Shown in pieces: positions 21,178-22,528 of a DNA stretch of 22,528 nucleotides. Position 1 is the first letter of the stretch. Each line of letters opens with the position of its first letter. The translations under genes were made by a program, and so were the position numbers. The stretch is from Octopus sinensis (taxonomy: Eukaryota): positions 1 to 22,528 of the forward strand of contig NW_021836922.1 of the NCBI RefSeq assembly GCF_006345805.1, read 5' to 3'. The notes beneath the pieces are model-generated. The model saw only the letters and a program-made list of their open reading frames with translations, did no database searches and had not been told where the DNA came from.

Positions 21178-21490
21178 AATGGTTGAATCATTCGCCCAAA
21201 AAAATGAGATTTTTGTTTCTTTTTTAAGACATGTAATAGTAGACATGTAGTGGGGGAATACTTATATTGATAGGAATCATTAATTAACCAGAAAATAATT
21301 ATACATACATACACACACACATATATATATATAAATATATATATACAAAATGAGAAAATGGAGAAATATATCCAAATCAATCATCAACCATCAGATAATA
21401 CCGAATCAATACTTTATTAAACCACTACACAATAGCAATGATATTATACATTAATATAGTGCAAATATATCAAGACATAGAAATACATTT

Positions 21491-21617
21491 ACATTGTAGC
21501 TGACAGCTGTTTCGGCCGTGAAGACAGGTATGTCCCATTTAACCTATTAGCCATATAAAGCAGGTATAAATGAGACATTAACAAGAATATCTCACGGCCT
21601 CTTCAGAGAATTAATGC
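21491..21617 (-). ncRNA. Intact minimal type I hammerhead ribozyme (PLE-type) with 70-nt stem II insert
   Basis: Minus: gcattaattct-CTGAAGA-GGCCGTGA-(70 nt)-TCACGGCC-GAAA-CAGCTG-TC-agctacaatgt. Perfect core, 8-bp stem II, palindromic stem III ACAGCUGU, GUC triplet (cleavage between 21502 and 21501), and an AATAAA downstream near 21414-21419. Confidence 0.85.
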
Positions 21618-22240
21618 AAGTATGAAAAAAATTTACATATAAATATAAATATGTGTGCATACACACTCATATTCTTACATATATATAATACACAATAATA
21701 CAATAAACAATATAGATCAATATACATCAACAAAACAATAATGTTCCATATTGAACTCCACAGTTCCATAACCAACATCAAGAAACCACAAATGTACACT
21801 CACACTCAAAGCAGGCATATATATTGAACAGTCCAATATATTAAAATGTGCCATTTCACAAAAAGTCAATAAAATAATATCACCACGACTGATACATATA
21901 TATTTCAATCATATATATACATATATCATATGTATATATAATATAAATATCATCAATGCATGTAGTATCTGAATATGTCTTGTTTGATTTACATGTTTTT
22001 CGAGTCAAGTATGTTTTAAATTAAAAAATGATTGAAGTATTCTTTCACAACCAGATGCTTTCCTGTCATTAACACTTGACTGTGTTTTAAATAAGGAATC
22101 TCTTAGTTACACATGTCTTGAAAGGCTTGAAGTAAGCAGACAATTTGTCAACCAGAGAAATGACAACAGCAAACCTTGTAGCTTGCAACTTTTTAGAGCA
22201 CAAACATAAACAGATATACACACATATTATATAGATAGAT

Positions 22241-22372
22241 TTCTTACAGGTTCCATCTATCAAATTCACTCACAAGGATTTGGTCAATCTTGGCTATCAT
22301 AAGTGATACTTGGCGAAGTTTGCCATGCACTGGGACTGAGCTCAAAACCATATGATTAAGAAGGGAACTACG
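22241..22372 (-). mobile_element. Old diverged 5' half of SINE family A
   Basis: tttcttacaggttccatctatcaaattcactcacaaggatttggtc...gatacttggcgaagtttgccatgcactgggactgagctcaaaaccatatg aligns with 1005-1140. Confidence 0.7.
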
Positions 22373-22528
22373 TGCCTGTGCCTTCTATCAGTCTTTCTGT
22401 ACATATGTATGCGTGCATAATATATAATATATATAGATATATATATATATATATACACATATAGTATGTAGATAGGCTTGTAATCGAAGCCGTGTCCTCG
22501 TGAAGCACACCTGTATATTCCAGTATGC

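Overview
AT-rich, microsatellite-dense eukaryotic non-coding DNA, most likely an octopus (coleoid cephalopod) intron or intergenic region. That assignment is inferred from the SINE families and (TA)n/(CA)n/(ATGT)n density. I find no intact host gene; most ORF-track entries are microsatellite or transposon-remnant translations. The window is a transposon graveyard: three tRNA-derived SINE families (including an inverted pair and a 3 x 184-bp tandem array), non-autonomous Helitron-type elements, three mariner remnants, CRE-like, R4/Dong-like and RTE LINE remnants, a hAT/Buster BED-finger fragment, Penelope-like (PLE) repeat cassettes, and two long inverted repeats. The strongest unexplained signal is a series of hammerhead-ribozyme (HHR) motifs. 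One is an intact minimal type I HHR with a long stem II insert (21491-21617, minus). Three more lie in a retrozyme-like mini-PLE carrying direct and inverted HHR-bearing repeats (14811-15541). Several others have core variants or are decayed. One candidate (9309-9370, minus) has all core elements and three stems, but its strands are joined in a non-canonical permuted, pseudoknot-like order. All folds were derived by hand and none is tested.
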